DNA of 64,000 nt from a bacterium (GCA_021814165.1 JAKAIX010000001.1:77623-141622); one strand, 5' to 3'. Counted from the stretch's first letter, positions 45,799 through 55,391 are shown. A program made the numbers and translations. Notes: generated from the sequence alone by a model not told the origin.

Positions 45799-47369
45799 CT
45801 TCCATCTTCGCGCTCCTTTTCGGTGCGCTCGGATTTAATCTCTACACGCTCCAGATACAAAAAGGGGACTATTATTTCAAAACCGCCCAAGCCCGGAACG
45901 AAGCGCTTGCCCAGCTTCAGATGAGGCGCGGGCAGATTTTTTTTACCGACCGTTCGGGGAACGCGATTACCGTCGCATTGAACCAGGATTACCCCGTAGT
46001 ATACGCGGTTCCGAAGGAAATCACCGATCCCAAGGCAACAGCGGCGGCGCTTGCCCAGAAAATAGGATGGGACGAGAAAGAGCTTGAAACGGCGCTTACG
46101 GCTCCCCAAAGCTTATTCAGAATGCTCGTCGAGAAAGCGACCAACGACCAGTTAAACGCGGTACAGGATTTAAATCTCAAAGGAATCTATATCGACAAAA
46201 AACAATACCGTTTCTATCCCTTCGAACGGCTCGGATCCCAAGTACTCGGGTTTGTGGGATTGAATGACACCGCAAAGATCCCGCTCGGCCTCTATGGAGC
46301 GGAAAAGTACCATGACAACCAACTTGCCGACGGAGACGGCGTGCAACTCACCATCGACAGAAATCTCCAGGCGCAGGCGGAACAGAAGCTTGCGGAACTC
46401 GTAACAAAAAACGGAGCGACCGGAGGATCTATTATTATCGAGGACCCAATGACGGGAAAGATACTCACGAATGCAAACTATCCCGACTTCAATCCGAACG
46501 ACTACCGCAATACGCCCGTGAATGCGTTCCTGAATCCGAGCGTGCAGTACGTCTACGAGCCAGGGTCGGTATTCAAGCCGATTACGATGGCTTCCGGAAT
46601 CGATCAGGGAATCATCACGCCGGACACGAAATACGACGACAAGGGGTATGTAATCCTGAACGGAAAGAAGATTACAAACTGGGATCATAAGGCCTACGGA
46701 CCGGGCACCACGATGACGAACGTGATCGAACGATCAATCAACACGGGTGCCGTATTCGCCGAACAGAAGATCGGAAGAACGATCTTTCACGATTATCTCG
46801 TAAAATTCGGCTTCGGAGAAAAAACGGGAATTGACCTCCCTGACGAGGTAAAGGGGAGCTTGGCAAACCTCGAACGGAAAGGCGCACAGGATATCGATTA
46901 TGCGACTGCCGCGTACGGGCAGGGAACATCGGTCACGCCGATTCAGATGATCAACGCATTCTCCGTTTTTGCAAACGGCGGACTGCTCATGAGGCCCTAT
47001 ACGGACGCCACGAAGAGCCCGTATGTCATACGGCGCGTGATAAGCGAGGATACGGCGCAGAAAGTCGTGGGAATGATGGAATCCGCGGTAAACAAGGGGC
47101 AGGTAGCGACTATCCCGCAGTTCAGGATTGCGGGAAAAACGGGAACGGCGAACGTACCCGATCTCGTGCATGGCGGCTATCTTGACGCATACGTCCATAC
47201 CTTTATCGGCATAGTGCCCATTACGAACCCGAAAGCCGTGATTCTGGTAAAACTCGACAGGCCGCAGGGGGCGGAGGTTGCAGCGATAACGGTGGTCCCC
47301 GCATTCAGAGAGCTCGCAAGCTTTGTGTTAAACTACTACAACATTCCTCCCGATAAGCCGACGCAATAA
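45774..47369 (+). CDS. ftsI: Peptidoglycan D,D-transpeptidase FtsI / PBP
   Basis: SVFKP (SxxK), SIN (SxN), KTGT. Confidence 0.88.
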   Translation: MGVRFIALTSIFALLFGALGFNLYTLQIQKGDYYFKTAQARNEALAQLQMRRGQIFFTDRSGNAITVALNQDYPVVYAVPKEITDPKATAAALAQKIGWDEKELETALTAPQSLFRMLVEKATNDQLNAVQDLNLKGIYIDKKQYRFYPFERLGSQVLGFVGLNDTAKIPLGLYGAEKYHDNQLADGDGVQLTIDRNLQAQAEQKLAELVTKNGATGGSIIIEDPMTGKILTNANYPDFNPNDYRNTPVNAFLNPSVQYVYEPGSVFKPITMASGIDQGIITPDTKYDDKGYVILNGKKITNWDHKAYGPGTTMTNVIERSINTGAVFAEQKIGRTIFHDYLVKFGFGEKTGIDLPDEVKGSLANLERKGAQDIDYATAAYGQGTSVTPIQMINAFSVFANGGLLMRPYTDATKSPYVIRRVISEDTAQKVVGMMESAVNKGQVATIPQFRIAGKTGTANVPDLVHGGYLDAYVHTFIGIVPITNPKAVILVKLDRPQGAEVAAITVVPAFRELASFVLNYYNIPPDKPTQ

Positions 47370-47374
47370 TTGTC

Positions 47375-48685
47375 ATGAAACAATTCATTCTCTCGCTTCT
47401 CGCAAAACTGCTGAAGAAACTCGCGATGCTCACCATTGCGCGTTACAAGCCGTCAATCGTAGGCATCACGGGCAACGTGGGAAAAACCTCGACGAGAGAC
47501 GCGGTGGAGACCGTGCTCCGCACGGAACGGAAAATCCGGTCGTCGTCGAAGAATTTCAATAACGAACTCGGGCTCCCGCTCACCATCCTCGGCGACTGGG
47601 AATCCACGGAGGGGGGAATATTCTTCTGGTGCGGCGTCATGTTTGCATCGATAAAAAACCTTCTCACGCGGCAAAAGGATTTCCCGGAAATCATAATTCT
47701 CGAATACGGCGTCGATCGTCCCGGAGACATGAGTTATCTTCTCGAGATCGCGGAACCGCAGATCGGCATCGTAACGGCGGTGGGAGAAATCCCCGTTCAT
47801 GTGGAATTTTTCACCGGACCGGAAGGAGTCGCAAAGGAAAAAGCGAAACTCGTAGAACGGCTTCCCGCGACGGGCTTCGCGATCCTGAACGCCGACGATA
47901 CATACGTCGCCGCGATGAAACAGCAGACGAGAGGGCATGCCATCACCTACGGGCTCGGAGACGACGCCGACATGAAGATTAAAAACTTCTCGAGTTATCT
48001 CGATCCGGAGAGGGGGGACGCGGGCATCTCGTTTAAATTAAGCTACGGGGGGAACACTGTACCGGTGAAGATAAAAGGAATGCTCGGGATGACGGGAGCA
48101 TACGCGTCGGCGGCTGCGGCAATCGTCGGGCTCACTTTTGGCGTTCACTTCTCGAAGATCGCGGAACACCTCGGAAATTATCAGGGTCCCGCAGGACGTT
48201 TGCGGGTCATACCCGGAATAAAGAACACGACGATCATCGACGACACGTATAACGCCGCGATGAAGTCGATGACGCAGGCGCTCGACACGTTGAAAAGCGT
48301 CAAACCGAAACGCGCGATCGCGGTTTTGGGAGATATGCTCGAGATCGGCAAGTATACGCTCGAAGCGCACGAAGCGGTGGGGAAACAAGCCGCGCGATCC
48401 GCAGATCTCCTCGTAACCGTCGGCATGAGAGGGAAAATAATCGCCGAGGGGGCGGCGCGGGGAGGCATGCAGAAACAGAAAATATTCTCGTTCGATACGC
48501 TCGACGAAGCGTCGTTATTCCTTGAAGAGCACATGAGAAAAGGGGATGTAGTGCTCGTGAAAGGATCGCAGGGGGTGCGAATGGAAAAGATAGTAAAAGC
48601 GATCATGATGTCGCCCGGAACGGCGAAGGATTCTCTTGTTCGCCAATCCCGCGTCTGGCTTGCCAAGCCGGGAATGTACGAATAG
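47375..48685 (+). CDS. murF: Mur ligase, most likely UDP-MurNAc-tripeptide--D-Ala-D-Ala ligase MurF
   Basis: GITGNVGKTSTRD P-loop. 436 aa. dcw position. Whether it is MurE or MurF is not certain. Confidence 0.7.
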   Translation: MKQFILSLLAKLLKKLAMLTIARYKPSIVGITGNVGKTSTRDAVETVLRTERKIRSSSKNFNNELGLPLTILGDWESTEGGIFFWCGVMFASIKNLLTRQKDFPEIIILEYGVDRPGDMSYLLEIAEPQIGIVTAVGEIPVHVEFFTGPEGVAKEKAKLVERLPATGFAILNADDTYVAAMKQQTRGHAITYGLGDDADMKIKNFSSYLDPERGDAGISFKLSYGGNTVPVKIKGMLGMTGAYASAAAAIVGLTFGVHFSKIAEHLGNYQGPAGRLRVIPGIKNTTIIDDTYNAAMKSMTQALDTLKSVKPKRAIAVLGDMLEIGKYTLEAHEAVGKQAARSADLLVTVGMRGKIIAEGAARGGMQKQKIFSFDTLDEASLFLEEHMRKGDVVLVKGSQGVRMEKIVKAIMMSPGTAKDSLVRQSRVWLAKPGMYE

Positions 48686-48795
48686 AATAGCTATGAATTT
48701 TCAATTACCAATTTCCAATTAATTTTGCAATTTTAGAATTTTCAAACGGAACATTCATTGAAAATTGATCATTGGAAATTGAAAATTTGCGACAA

Positions 48796-48867
48796 GGCTC
48801 TATCGTCTAACGGTTAGGACAATGCCCTCTCACGGCATAAATAGGGGTTCGATTCCCCTTGGAGCTA
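48796..48867 (+). tRNA. tRNA-Glu (anticodon CTC)
   Basis: GGCTCTATCGTCTAACGGTTAGGACAATGCCCTCTCACGGCATAAATAGGGGTTCGATTCCCCTTGGAGCTA. The acceptor stem has two G-U pairs. Confidence 0.7.
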
Positions 48868-48972
48868 CAAACTGAAATGCTCACCCTTGCGGTGGTATAG
48901 CAGAGAAAAGTCCGTCTCAGACGGACAATATTCGATTCCACTCCATTTTTTCTGTGCTACAATAGAGGCATC

Positions 48973-49323
48973 ATGCATGCAGCGATTCCTTCAATCTTCA
49001 AACAAAAACCGCTCATCATCCTCTCCGGCTTGAGCGGGGTCGCCATTTTCGGAAGCCTGATTCTCGCGTTTTCAAAACTCGGCGGGCTCTCGTACCCTCT
49101 GGTGCTCCACTTCGACAACTTCCAAGGCGTCGATTTTCTCGGGGGTACGACGGATTTCTGGAGCATCTGGCTCGGGGGATTCGCGTGTGTCATTCTTAAT
49201 TTCGTTCTTAGCGAAACGCTGTTTGAGAAAGAAAGGGTGCTTTCTTACGTTTTTCTCGTCGCAAATCTCCTTATCTCTCTTCTCCTTTTCGTCATTACCG
49301 CCGTCACTATCGCCGCAAATTGA
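48973..49323 (+). CDS. Hypothetical membrane protein (3-4 TM)
   Basis: Hydrophobic 116-aa ORF overlapping rmuC start by 4 nt. Confidence 0.45.
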   Translation: MHAAIPSIFKQKPLIILSGLSGVAIFGSLILAFSKLGGLSYPLVLHFDNFQGVDFLGGTTDFWSIWLGGFACVILNFVLSETLFEKERVLSYVFLVANLLISLLLFVITAVTIAAN

Positions 49324-50372
49324 TTATGGAAACATTCTCTCTCATCACGCTTATACTAGGGCTCGTCATGCTGGGGCTGCTGTTTTTCCTTGTCTCACTC
49401 GTAAGAAAATCGAACGAACCGAAAGACAACCAGGGACTTATCATGCTTCAGAATCAAATCAACGAGATTACAAAGACGCTCGACACGAAACTGGGAGAGT
49501 CGACGAGAATGTTTCAAACGCAGTTCGGCACGAGCGCGAAAATCATTCAGGACGTCACCGAGCGCCTCACGAAACTCGACGAGACGAATCGGCAAGTGAT
49601 GGGTTTTGCCGACCAGCTGCAATCGCTCCAAGATATCCTGAAAAACCCGAAACAACGAGGAATCCTGGGAGAATATTTCCTCGAAGAAACCCTGAAAAAC
49701 GTGCTCCCTCCGAACTCGTACGAAATGCAGTACAAGTTTGCGGACGGCGAGATCGTGGATGCCGCGATTTTCGTTAAAGACAAGATTATTCCCGTCGATG
49801 CAAAATTTTCTCTCGAGAACTACGAGCGCATCCTAAACGAAAGCGATCCCGCTGCGCGGGAAACGTTCGAAAAGCAGTTTAAAGCCGATCTCAAAAACAG
49901 GATTGACGAAACATCGAAGTACGTACGCCCCGACGAGAATACCATGGACTTTGCCTTTATGTTTATCCCTTCCGAAGCGATCTATTACGATCTCCTCGTG
50001 AATAAAGTGGGCGCGGTCAAGGTAAATACGAGAGACATGATCGAATACGCCTTCAAGGAACGGAGGGTGATTATCGTATCGCCGACGAACTTTCTCGCAT
50101 ATCTCCAGACGGTGCTCCAGGGGCTTCGTGCGCTGAAGATTGAGGAATCCGCGAAGGAGATAAGAAAGCGGGTTGAAGAGCTCGGCAAACATCTGAAGAG
50201 TTACGAGGAATACCACAATAAGCTCGGCATCTCGCTCGGTACGGTCGTCAATCACTACACGAACGCAAGCAAAGAGTTCAGGAAAGTTGATAAGGACGTG
50301 CTCCGTATCGCCGGAGAGGCGATACACATAGAAACGACCTCGATCGAGGGACCGCACGAAGACAATGAATAG
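49320..50372 (+). CDS. rmuC: DNA recombination protein RmuC
   Basis: N-terminal TM, long coiled coil, C-terminal VIIVSPTNFLAYLQTV (RmuC). Confidence 0.8.
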   Translation: MIMETFSLITLILGLVMLGLLFFLVSLVRKSNEPKDNQGLIMLQNQINEITKTLDTKLGESTRMFQTQFGTSAKIIQDVTERLTKLDETNRQVMGFADQLQSLQDILKNPKQRGILGEYFLEETLKNVLPPNSYEMQYKFADGEIVDAAIFVKDKIIPVDAKFSLENYERILNESDPAARETFEKQFKADLKNRIDETSKYVRPDENTMDFAFMFIPSEAIYYDLLVNKVGAVKVNTRDMIEYAFKERRVIIVSPTNFLAYLQTVLQGLRALKIEESAKEIRKRVEELGKHLKSYEEYHNKLGISLGTVVNHYTNASKEFRKVDKDVLRIAGEAIHIETTSIEGPHEDNE

Positions 50373-51249
50373 GGATGAATCGTTCTTTTCATTCTATAAA
50401 ACGTTGAACCGCCCTTTTTCGATTCTTGAATTGGCATCGTTTCTGGGCGGAACGGAACATTCGGCGCGCGTTCTTGAAGAAAAAACAAAACAAAAAACAC
50501 TCTCCGAAGAAGACGGCTTTTTCATCGCTTCTCCGCACGAAAGGGGATTCGGCATGATGCGCCGAAAGCAGGATTTGTTGCTCGACGAGAAATGGAAACT
50601 TCTTATAAAACAGGCAAAATGGTTCCGGTTCATCCCATTTGTGGAATTCGTGGTCGCGAGCGGATCGATGGCAGTCGGGAATATAAGCCGCCATTCCGAT
50701 TTCGACGTGCTTATCGGAGTACGAAAAGGGAGAGTGTTTACGACGCGTTATTGCATTAATTTCATTTTTTCCATACTCCGGACGAGGCGGCTCGACGATC
50801 ACGAAGGGTCGAGTCCCGACAAGCTTTGTTTTAATCATTTCGTGACGGAGAAAAGTTTTGCAAAAGAACCGTTCAATTTTTATCGCGCGGAACTCTATCG
50901 GCACATGGTTCCGATCTACGGCTCAAGAACAGCGCTCGAGGCGTTCTTTTCCGCAAATTCGTGGAGCGGCGCGGCGCCGGAAAAAAATCTCGAAGATCTC
51001 CGATTCAGGGAGCAGCGGCCGAACGCAATAAGAAGCTTCCTCGCATTCCTTTTCGGCGGAAAACTGGGAGACGTCATCGAAAGAAAAATCATGGAGCCGA
51101 TCGCTCGAAAACGTTTGAGCGCATATCTTACCGGCAAGAAACAAAAGGGGAGAGTGGTAATCTCGGAGGAAGAACTGGAATTTCATTTCAAACTCTCCTA
51201 CGAGGAGCTTTTCATCTCGTTGCCTTTCTCCGGGGCGTCGCGGACGTGA
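50365..51249 (+). CDS. Nucleotidyltransferase-fold protein (Pol-beta superfamily)
   Basis: GSMAVGNISRHSDFDVLIG is the GS...D.D motif. Confidence 0.55.
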   Translation: MNRDESFFSFYKTLNRPFSILELASFLGGTEHSARVLEEKTKQKTLSEEDGFFIASPHERGFGMMRRKQDLLLDEKWKLLIKQAKWFRFIPFVEFVVASGSMAVGNISRHSDFDVLIGVRKGRVFTTRYCINFIFSILRTRRLDDHEGSSPDKLCFNHFVTEKSFAKEPFNFYRAELYRHMVPIYGSRTALEAFFSANSWSGAAPEKNLEDLRFREQRPNAIRSFLAFLFGGKLGDVIERKIMEPIARKRLSAYLTGKKQKGRVVISEEELEFHFKLSYEELFISLPFSGASRT

Positions 51250-51910
51250 TAAGATGCGCGTTCTCGCGGACTCTTCGCAGGTGCTCCCTGAATGCATCTC
51301 CCGCTTCCTCTCGGCAACTCGTTTCGTGCCCCATTCCTTTCAATTCCCTCATTTTCTCCGCTGCTTCATCGGATACGAAAAAATTATCGATTCGATCAGC
51401 ATCGTCTTCGTTGTTCGCAATCTCCTCCATCGAACGCGGCGAATAATAACCCACGAAACCGAACGTCTCGCCCGTCGTCTTGTCAGTCACGCTCACTTCA
51501 TAGGGGATATCCCGCAGGGGGATGGCGTACAATTCATAAAGCCAGCGCGCGATCGATTCTCTCTTCGGGTCGAATGAAATACGGGAAAGTGATTCCAATC
51601 TACGTTGCACTTTTCTTAGATTCTCCGAGTCGCCGTCTTCCTTTTCTCTTAAATCTTCATAAATTTCGGTCAATTCTAGCAGTTCTTCCCCCTGTTTATC
51701 GGCCTCACGCAGACACTCCTCGAGTATTTCTCTAAGACGAACCCCCTCGATCGTCGACAAATCACCGACCCCGTAATCTTTCTCCAAGATGTACCTGGTC
51801 GTTTCGAAATTACGGATGAGTTCCCGCCGATCTTCGGAGAGATCAGCATTATCGGCGGAGTCGATTCCGCTCTCCGCGCTCGGAACAATCTCGTTTTCGA
51901 ACTGTCTCAT
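51212..51910 (-). CDS. Hypothetical acidic protein
   Basis: 232-aa ORF rich in Glu/Asp, no motif recognised. Confidence 0.45.
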   Translation of the reverse strand: MRQFENEIVPSAESGIDSADNADLSEDRRELIRNFETTRYILEKDYGVGDLSTIEGVRLREILEECLREADKQGEELLELTEIYEDLREKEDGDSENLRKVQRRLESLSRISFDPKRESIARWLYELYAIPLRDIPYEVSVTDKTTGETFGFVGYYSPRSMEEIANNEDDADRIDNFFVSDEAAEKMRELKGMGHETSCREEAGDAFREHLRRVRENAHLITSATPRRKATR

Positions 51911-51947
51911 GGTAACACCTTACACCTCTTGCATTTTTTTTCAATGT

Positions 51948-52058
51948 ATGGTACAATACCTTCGTGTGAGTGATGAGTTTTCCTTATCTTCACTGCGACG
52001 GCTTGCCGAAGCGGAGAAATCTAAGGAAAGCCCTTCCGATCCCCCTGGCGCAAGTCAG
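51948..52058 (+). ncRNA. Candidate small RNA: sigma70-like promoter followed ~80 nt later by an intrinsic terminator, no credible ORF
   Basis: TTGCAT-16 nt-TGgTACAAT, then ...ccccctggcgcaagtcagggggtttta. Confidence 0.35.
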
Positions 52059-52104
52059 GGGGTTTTATTTGTTTTTATGATTTTTCTCTTGATTTGGTAA
52101 GGGG

Positions 52105-52135
52105 CAATCTATCGAGGCCGGGCCTCGATAGATTG
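52105..52135. repeat. Palindromic repeat family A (perfect 15-bp arms)
   Basis: caatctatcgaggccgggcctcgatagattg. Confidence 0.8.
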
Positions 52136-52166
52136 AATTTCCGTTAAAATACTCTATTCTAATACT

Positions 52167-52310
52167 GGGCGGACGGATATTAGGGAACTCACCATAAGGG
52201 TGGGAACGTCTAAGCAGCCGTGGGTTTTGAGCACTCACACATTAAAACAAAATTGGAGGTCACCACCACGGCTGCTTAGACGGAGAGGTCCATCCGCCCG
52301 AACGTTTTTA
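52167..52310. repeat. 140-nt near-perfect hairpin (10-bp outer + 17-bp perfect inner inverted repeats) followed by T tract
   Basis: GGGCGGACGG...ACGTCTAAGCAGCCGTGG...CCACGGCTGCTTAGACG...CCATCCGCCC gaacgttttt. Confidence 0.6.
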
Positions 52311-52331
52311 AAACAAGGAGGCCCCACCTCC

Positions 52332-52352
52332 GATTGGAGGCCGGGCCTCCAA
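52332..52352. repeat. Family A-like palindrome variant
   Basis: ttggaggccgggcctccaa. Confidence 0.6.
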
Positions 52353-52383
52353 AGCTCGTACCTCGCTAAGAAAATCGAATCAT

Positions 52384-54918
52384 ATGTCATTTCTATCAAA
52401 AATATTTTCCGGAGATTCGCTCAAGGAATATGAGCGACAAATCGGGCTTATCAGCTCGCTTGAACCGAAATACGAGAAATTAAGCGACGAAGAACTCAAG
52501 AACGCTTCTCTGGAGCTCAAAAAAGAGATACGCGACGGGAAAACGCTCGACGATGCGCTTCCCGATGCATTCGCGATGGTACGCGAAGCGGCAAAACGAA
52601 CCCTGAAACAACGGCATTTCGATGTCCAACTCATAGGCGGCATGGCGCTTCACGAAGGGAAGATCATCGAGATGATGACAGGAGAAGGGAAGACCCTCGC
52701 CGCAACCTCTCCCGCATATCTCAATGCTATCACCGGAAACGGCGTGCATGTCGTGACCGTAAACGACTATCTCGCAAAACGCGACGCAATCTGGATGGGG
52801 CAAATATATGATCTTCTCGGACTCAAAGTCGCATGCATAGTTCATGATGCGGCTTATCTTTACGATCCGACTTACGAAACCGATCCCGAAGAAGACAGGG
52901 AGCGGGACATTTTGGGATCGTTCAGGATTTTTGAGAAGTTTCTTCGTCCCGTCACGCGACGCGACGCGTATTACGCGGACATCACGTACGGTACGAACCA
53001 CGAATTCGGCTTCGATTTTCTGCGCGACAATCTGGCGCTCCGCTTGAGCGACAAGGTGCAGCGCCCGCATGCCTACGCGATCGTGGATGAGATCGACAGC
53101 ATCTTGATCGATGAAGCGCGTACCCCGTTAATCATCGCGGCACCCGATGTCCAGGCGAGCGAACATTATAAGACCTTTGCAAGAGTCGCCTCGCACCTGA
53201 ACGAAGAAGAAGATTACATGGTTGATGAAAAACTAAAGGCGGTTTCCATCACGGAATCCGGGATCGAGAAAGTGGAAAAGATGATCGGCGTCGAGAATAT
53301 CTACGCGCCGGATAATCTTCGTCTCGTGCATTTTCTCCAAGAATCGCTCAAGGCGAAAGCGCTTTTCAAGCTCGATCGGGACTATATCGTGCGAAACGGC
53401 GAAATCATCATCGTCGACGAGTTCACGGGACGGATGCTTATGGGGCGCCGCTACTCGGGCGGACTCCATCAGGCAATCGAGGCGAAGGAGAACGTACAGG
53501 TGAAAGAAGAGAACCGCACTTTCGCGCAAATTACCATTCAAAACTACTTTCGTCTCTATAAAAAGATTTCCGGCATGACGGGTACCGCACAGACCTCCGC
53601 GGAAGAGTTCCACAAGGTATATAACCTCGATGTCGTAAGCATTCCTCCGAACCGGCCGCTCGTCCGCAAAGACTTTCCCGACGCGATCTACAAAACGAAA
53701 GACGCGAAATACAACGCGGTTGTGAGGGCGGTGAAAGAAGCGAGGGAAGCGGGGAGGCCGGTCTTGATCGGTACGACCTCCATTCAAAACAACGAAATTA
53801 TCTCCGGCTACCTCTCGCGCGCGGCGATTCCTCACGAGGTGCTGAATGCAAAAAACCACGAACGCGAGGGTGAAATCATCGCGCAGGCGGGACGCGCGGG
53901 GGCGGTCACCGTCGCGACAAACATGGCGGGCCGCGGCGTGGACATCGTCTTGGGCGGCAACCCGCCGAATCCGGAAGAAACGCAAAAAATGAAAGACGCG
54001 GGGGGGCTCCAGGTTATCGGCACCGAGCGCCATGAAGCGCGGCGCATCGACAACCAACTCCGCGGACGATCGGGAAGGCAGGGAGATCCCGGCGTAAGCC
54101 AGTTCTATCTTTCGCTCGAGGACGATCTGCTCCGCATCTTCGGAGGAGATCGCATCAAAGGACTCATGGAAACGCTGAATTTTCCGGAGGACGTGCCGAT
54201 CGAATCGAAGATGGTCGCAAAATCCGTAAACCAGGCGCAAACAAAAGTGGAGGGAGCGAATTTCGATATTCGCCGCCATCTTTTGGATTTCGACGACGTA
54301 TTGAACAAACAGCGCACGGCGCTTTACGCGCGCCGCGAAAAACTGCTCGAAGCGGGGGACAAAAACGAAATTTTGCCGATTCTCAAAGAAACGCTCGAGC
54401 ACTTCGCGACGCACGCAACGGAAGCGCTAAGAAACGAGATTGAACTGAACGAAATGGATGAAGCGAATCCGGAACGGGAAAAACAGATCGGAGAAATAGA
54501 AGCGAATATAAAAAAGGTTCCCGAGGCACTCGAACCGGAGCGCGCGATGATAATCGCGCAGCATATGGTGCGGATTCTGGACACCCTTTGGATCGACAAT
54601 CTCGAAAATCTCGAGGCGCTCCGGGAATCGGTGAACATTCGCGCCTACGGCCAGCATGATCCGCTCGTCGAGTACCGGCGGGAAGCGCACGGACTCTACG
54701 AACGGCTGAATAACGCGTTTGAATCAATGCTCTTTTCGACCGTGTTCCAGATTCTCGATGTCGATCTCAGAGCATTTGCGGTACAAACGCAAGCGCCGCA
54801 ACAAACGCCTCCGCCCGAGCACAAGAATATCGGAAGAAACGATCCCTGCTGGTGCGGAGCGAAAAAGGCAGATGGGACACCGAAGAAATACAAGCATTGT
54901 CATGGTAAGAACGCTTAA
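52384..54918 (+). CDS. secA: Preprotein translocase ATPase SecA
   Basis: DEAD motor motifs GEGKTL, VDEVDSILIDEARTPLII and C-terminal zinc finger CWCGAKK...HCHG. Confidence 0.95.
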   Translation: MSFLSKIFSGDSLKEYERQIGLISSLEPKYEKLSDEELKNASLELKKEIRDGKTLDDALPDAFAMVREAAKRTLKQRHFDVQLIGGMALHEGKIIEMMTGEGKTLAATSPAYLNAITGNGVHVVTVNDYLAKRDAIWMGQIYDLLGLKVACIVHDAAYLYDPTYETDPEEDRERDILGSFRIFEKFLRPVTRRDAYYADITYGTNHEFGFDFLRDNLALRLSDKVQRPHAYAIVDEIDSILIDEARTPLIIAAPDVQASEHYKTFARVASHLNEEEDYMVDEKLKAVSITESGIEKVEKMIGVENIYAPDNLRLVHFLQESLKAKALFKLDRDYIVRNGEIIIVDEFTGRMLMGRRYSGGLHQAIEAKENVQVKEENRTFAQITIQNYFRLYKKISGMTGTAQTSAEEFHKVYNLDVVSIPPNRPLVRKDFPDAIYKTKDAKYNAVVRAVKEAREAGRPVLIGTTSIQNNEIISGYLSRAAIPHEVLNAKNHEREGEIIAQAGRAGAVTVATNMAGRGVDIVLGGNPPNPEETQKMKDAGGLQVIGTERHEARRIDNQLRGRSGRQGDPGVSQFYLSLEDDLLRIFGGDRIKGLMETLNFPEDVPIESKMVAKSVNQAQTKVEGANFDIRRHLLDFDDVLNKQRTALYARREKLLEAGDKNEILPILKETLEHFATHATEALRNEIELNEMDEANPEREKQIGEIEANIKKVPEALEPERAMIIAQHMVRILDTLWIDNLENLEALRESVNIRAYGQHDPLVEYRREAHGLYERLNNAFESMLFSTVFQILDVDLRAFAVQTQAPQQTPPPEHKNIGRNDPCWCGAKKADGTPKKYKHCHGKNA

Positions 54919-54968
54919 GAAAGAAACGAGCGAAGCGAGGTCCCGCACTAAACCAAAAGTTTTAGTGC

Positions 54969-55388
54969 GTGGATATAAGAAATGTCATGGGAGATGAATC
55001 GGTAACAATTCGAAAGATCTACGCCGTTTGGATTTATGTAAAGAGCATTGAGGAATCGAGGAGGTTTTACGAAAAAGTTGTTGGTCTGAAACTCAAATTC
55101 CAGGAAGGCAACTGGGTGGAATTCGACCTTGGGGAAACTTCCTTCGGGCTCTTGGAACGCAATAAAAGTGAGAAAGTGGAGCCGCAAAAAACGAGAATCA
55201 TGCTTCAAACAAACGACATTGAAGCGATGGAAAAACGATTCAAAGAGAACGGGGTAAAAACAATAGGAGAGGTGAAAAACGAATCCTATGGAAAGCTCCT
55301 GACTTTCGAGGATCCGAACGGACACTGGCTGGAACTTTTTGAACCGATCCTAGAAAGAACAGTCCAAACGGAGGGAAGACACAACTGA
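54969..55388 (+). CDS. VOC/glyoxalase-family protein
   Basis: IYAVWIYVKSIEESRRFYEKVVG...HWLELFE are paired beta-alpha-beta-beta-beta modules. Confidence 0.6.
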   Translation: MDIRNVMGDESVTIRKIYAVWIYVKSIEESRRFYEKVVGLKLKFQEGNWVEFDLGETSFGLLERNKSEKVEPQKTRIMLQTNDIEAMEKRFKENGVKTIGEVKNESYGKLLTFEDPNGHWLELFEPILERTVQTEGRHN

Positions 55389-55391
55389 TCT

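Noticed and set aside
52167-52310. SRP (4.5S) RNA
   Set aside because: It shares AAGCAGCC with domain IV but lacks the asymmetric internal loops and the GGAA tetraloop. The 17-bp perfect stem is inconsistent with SRP RNA.
53233-54414. 393-aa minus-strand ORF inside secA
   Set aside because: It is antisense to secA and is an Arg-rich shadow frame.
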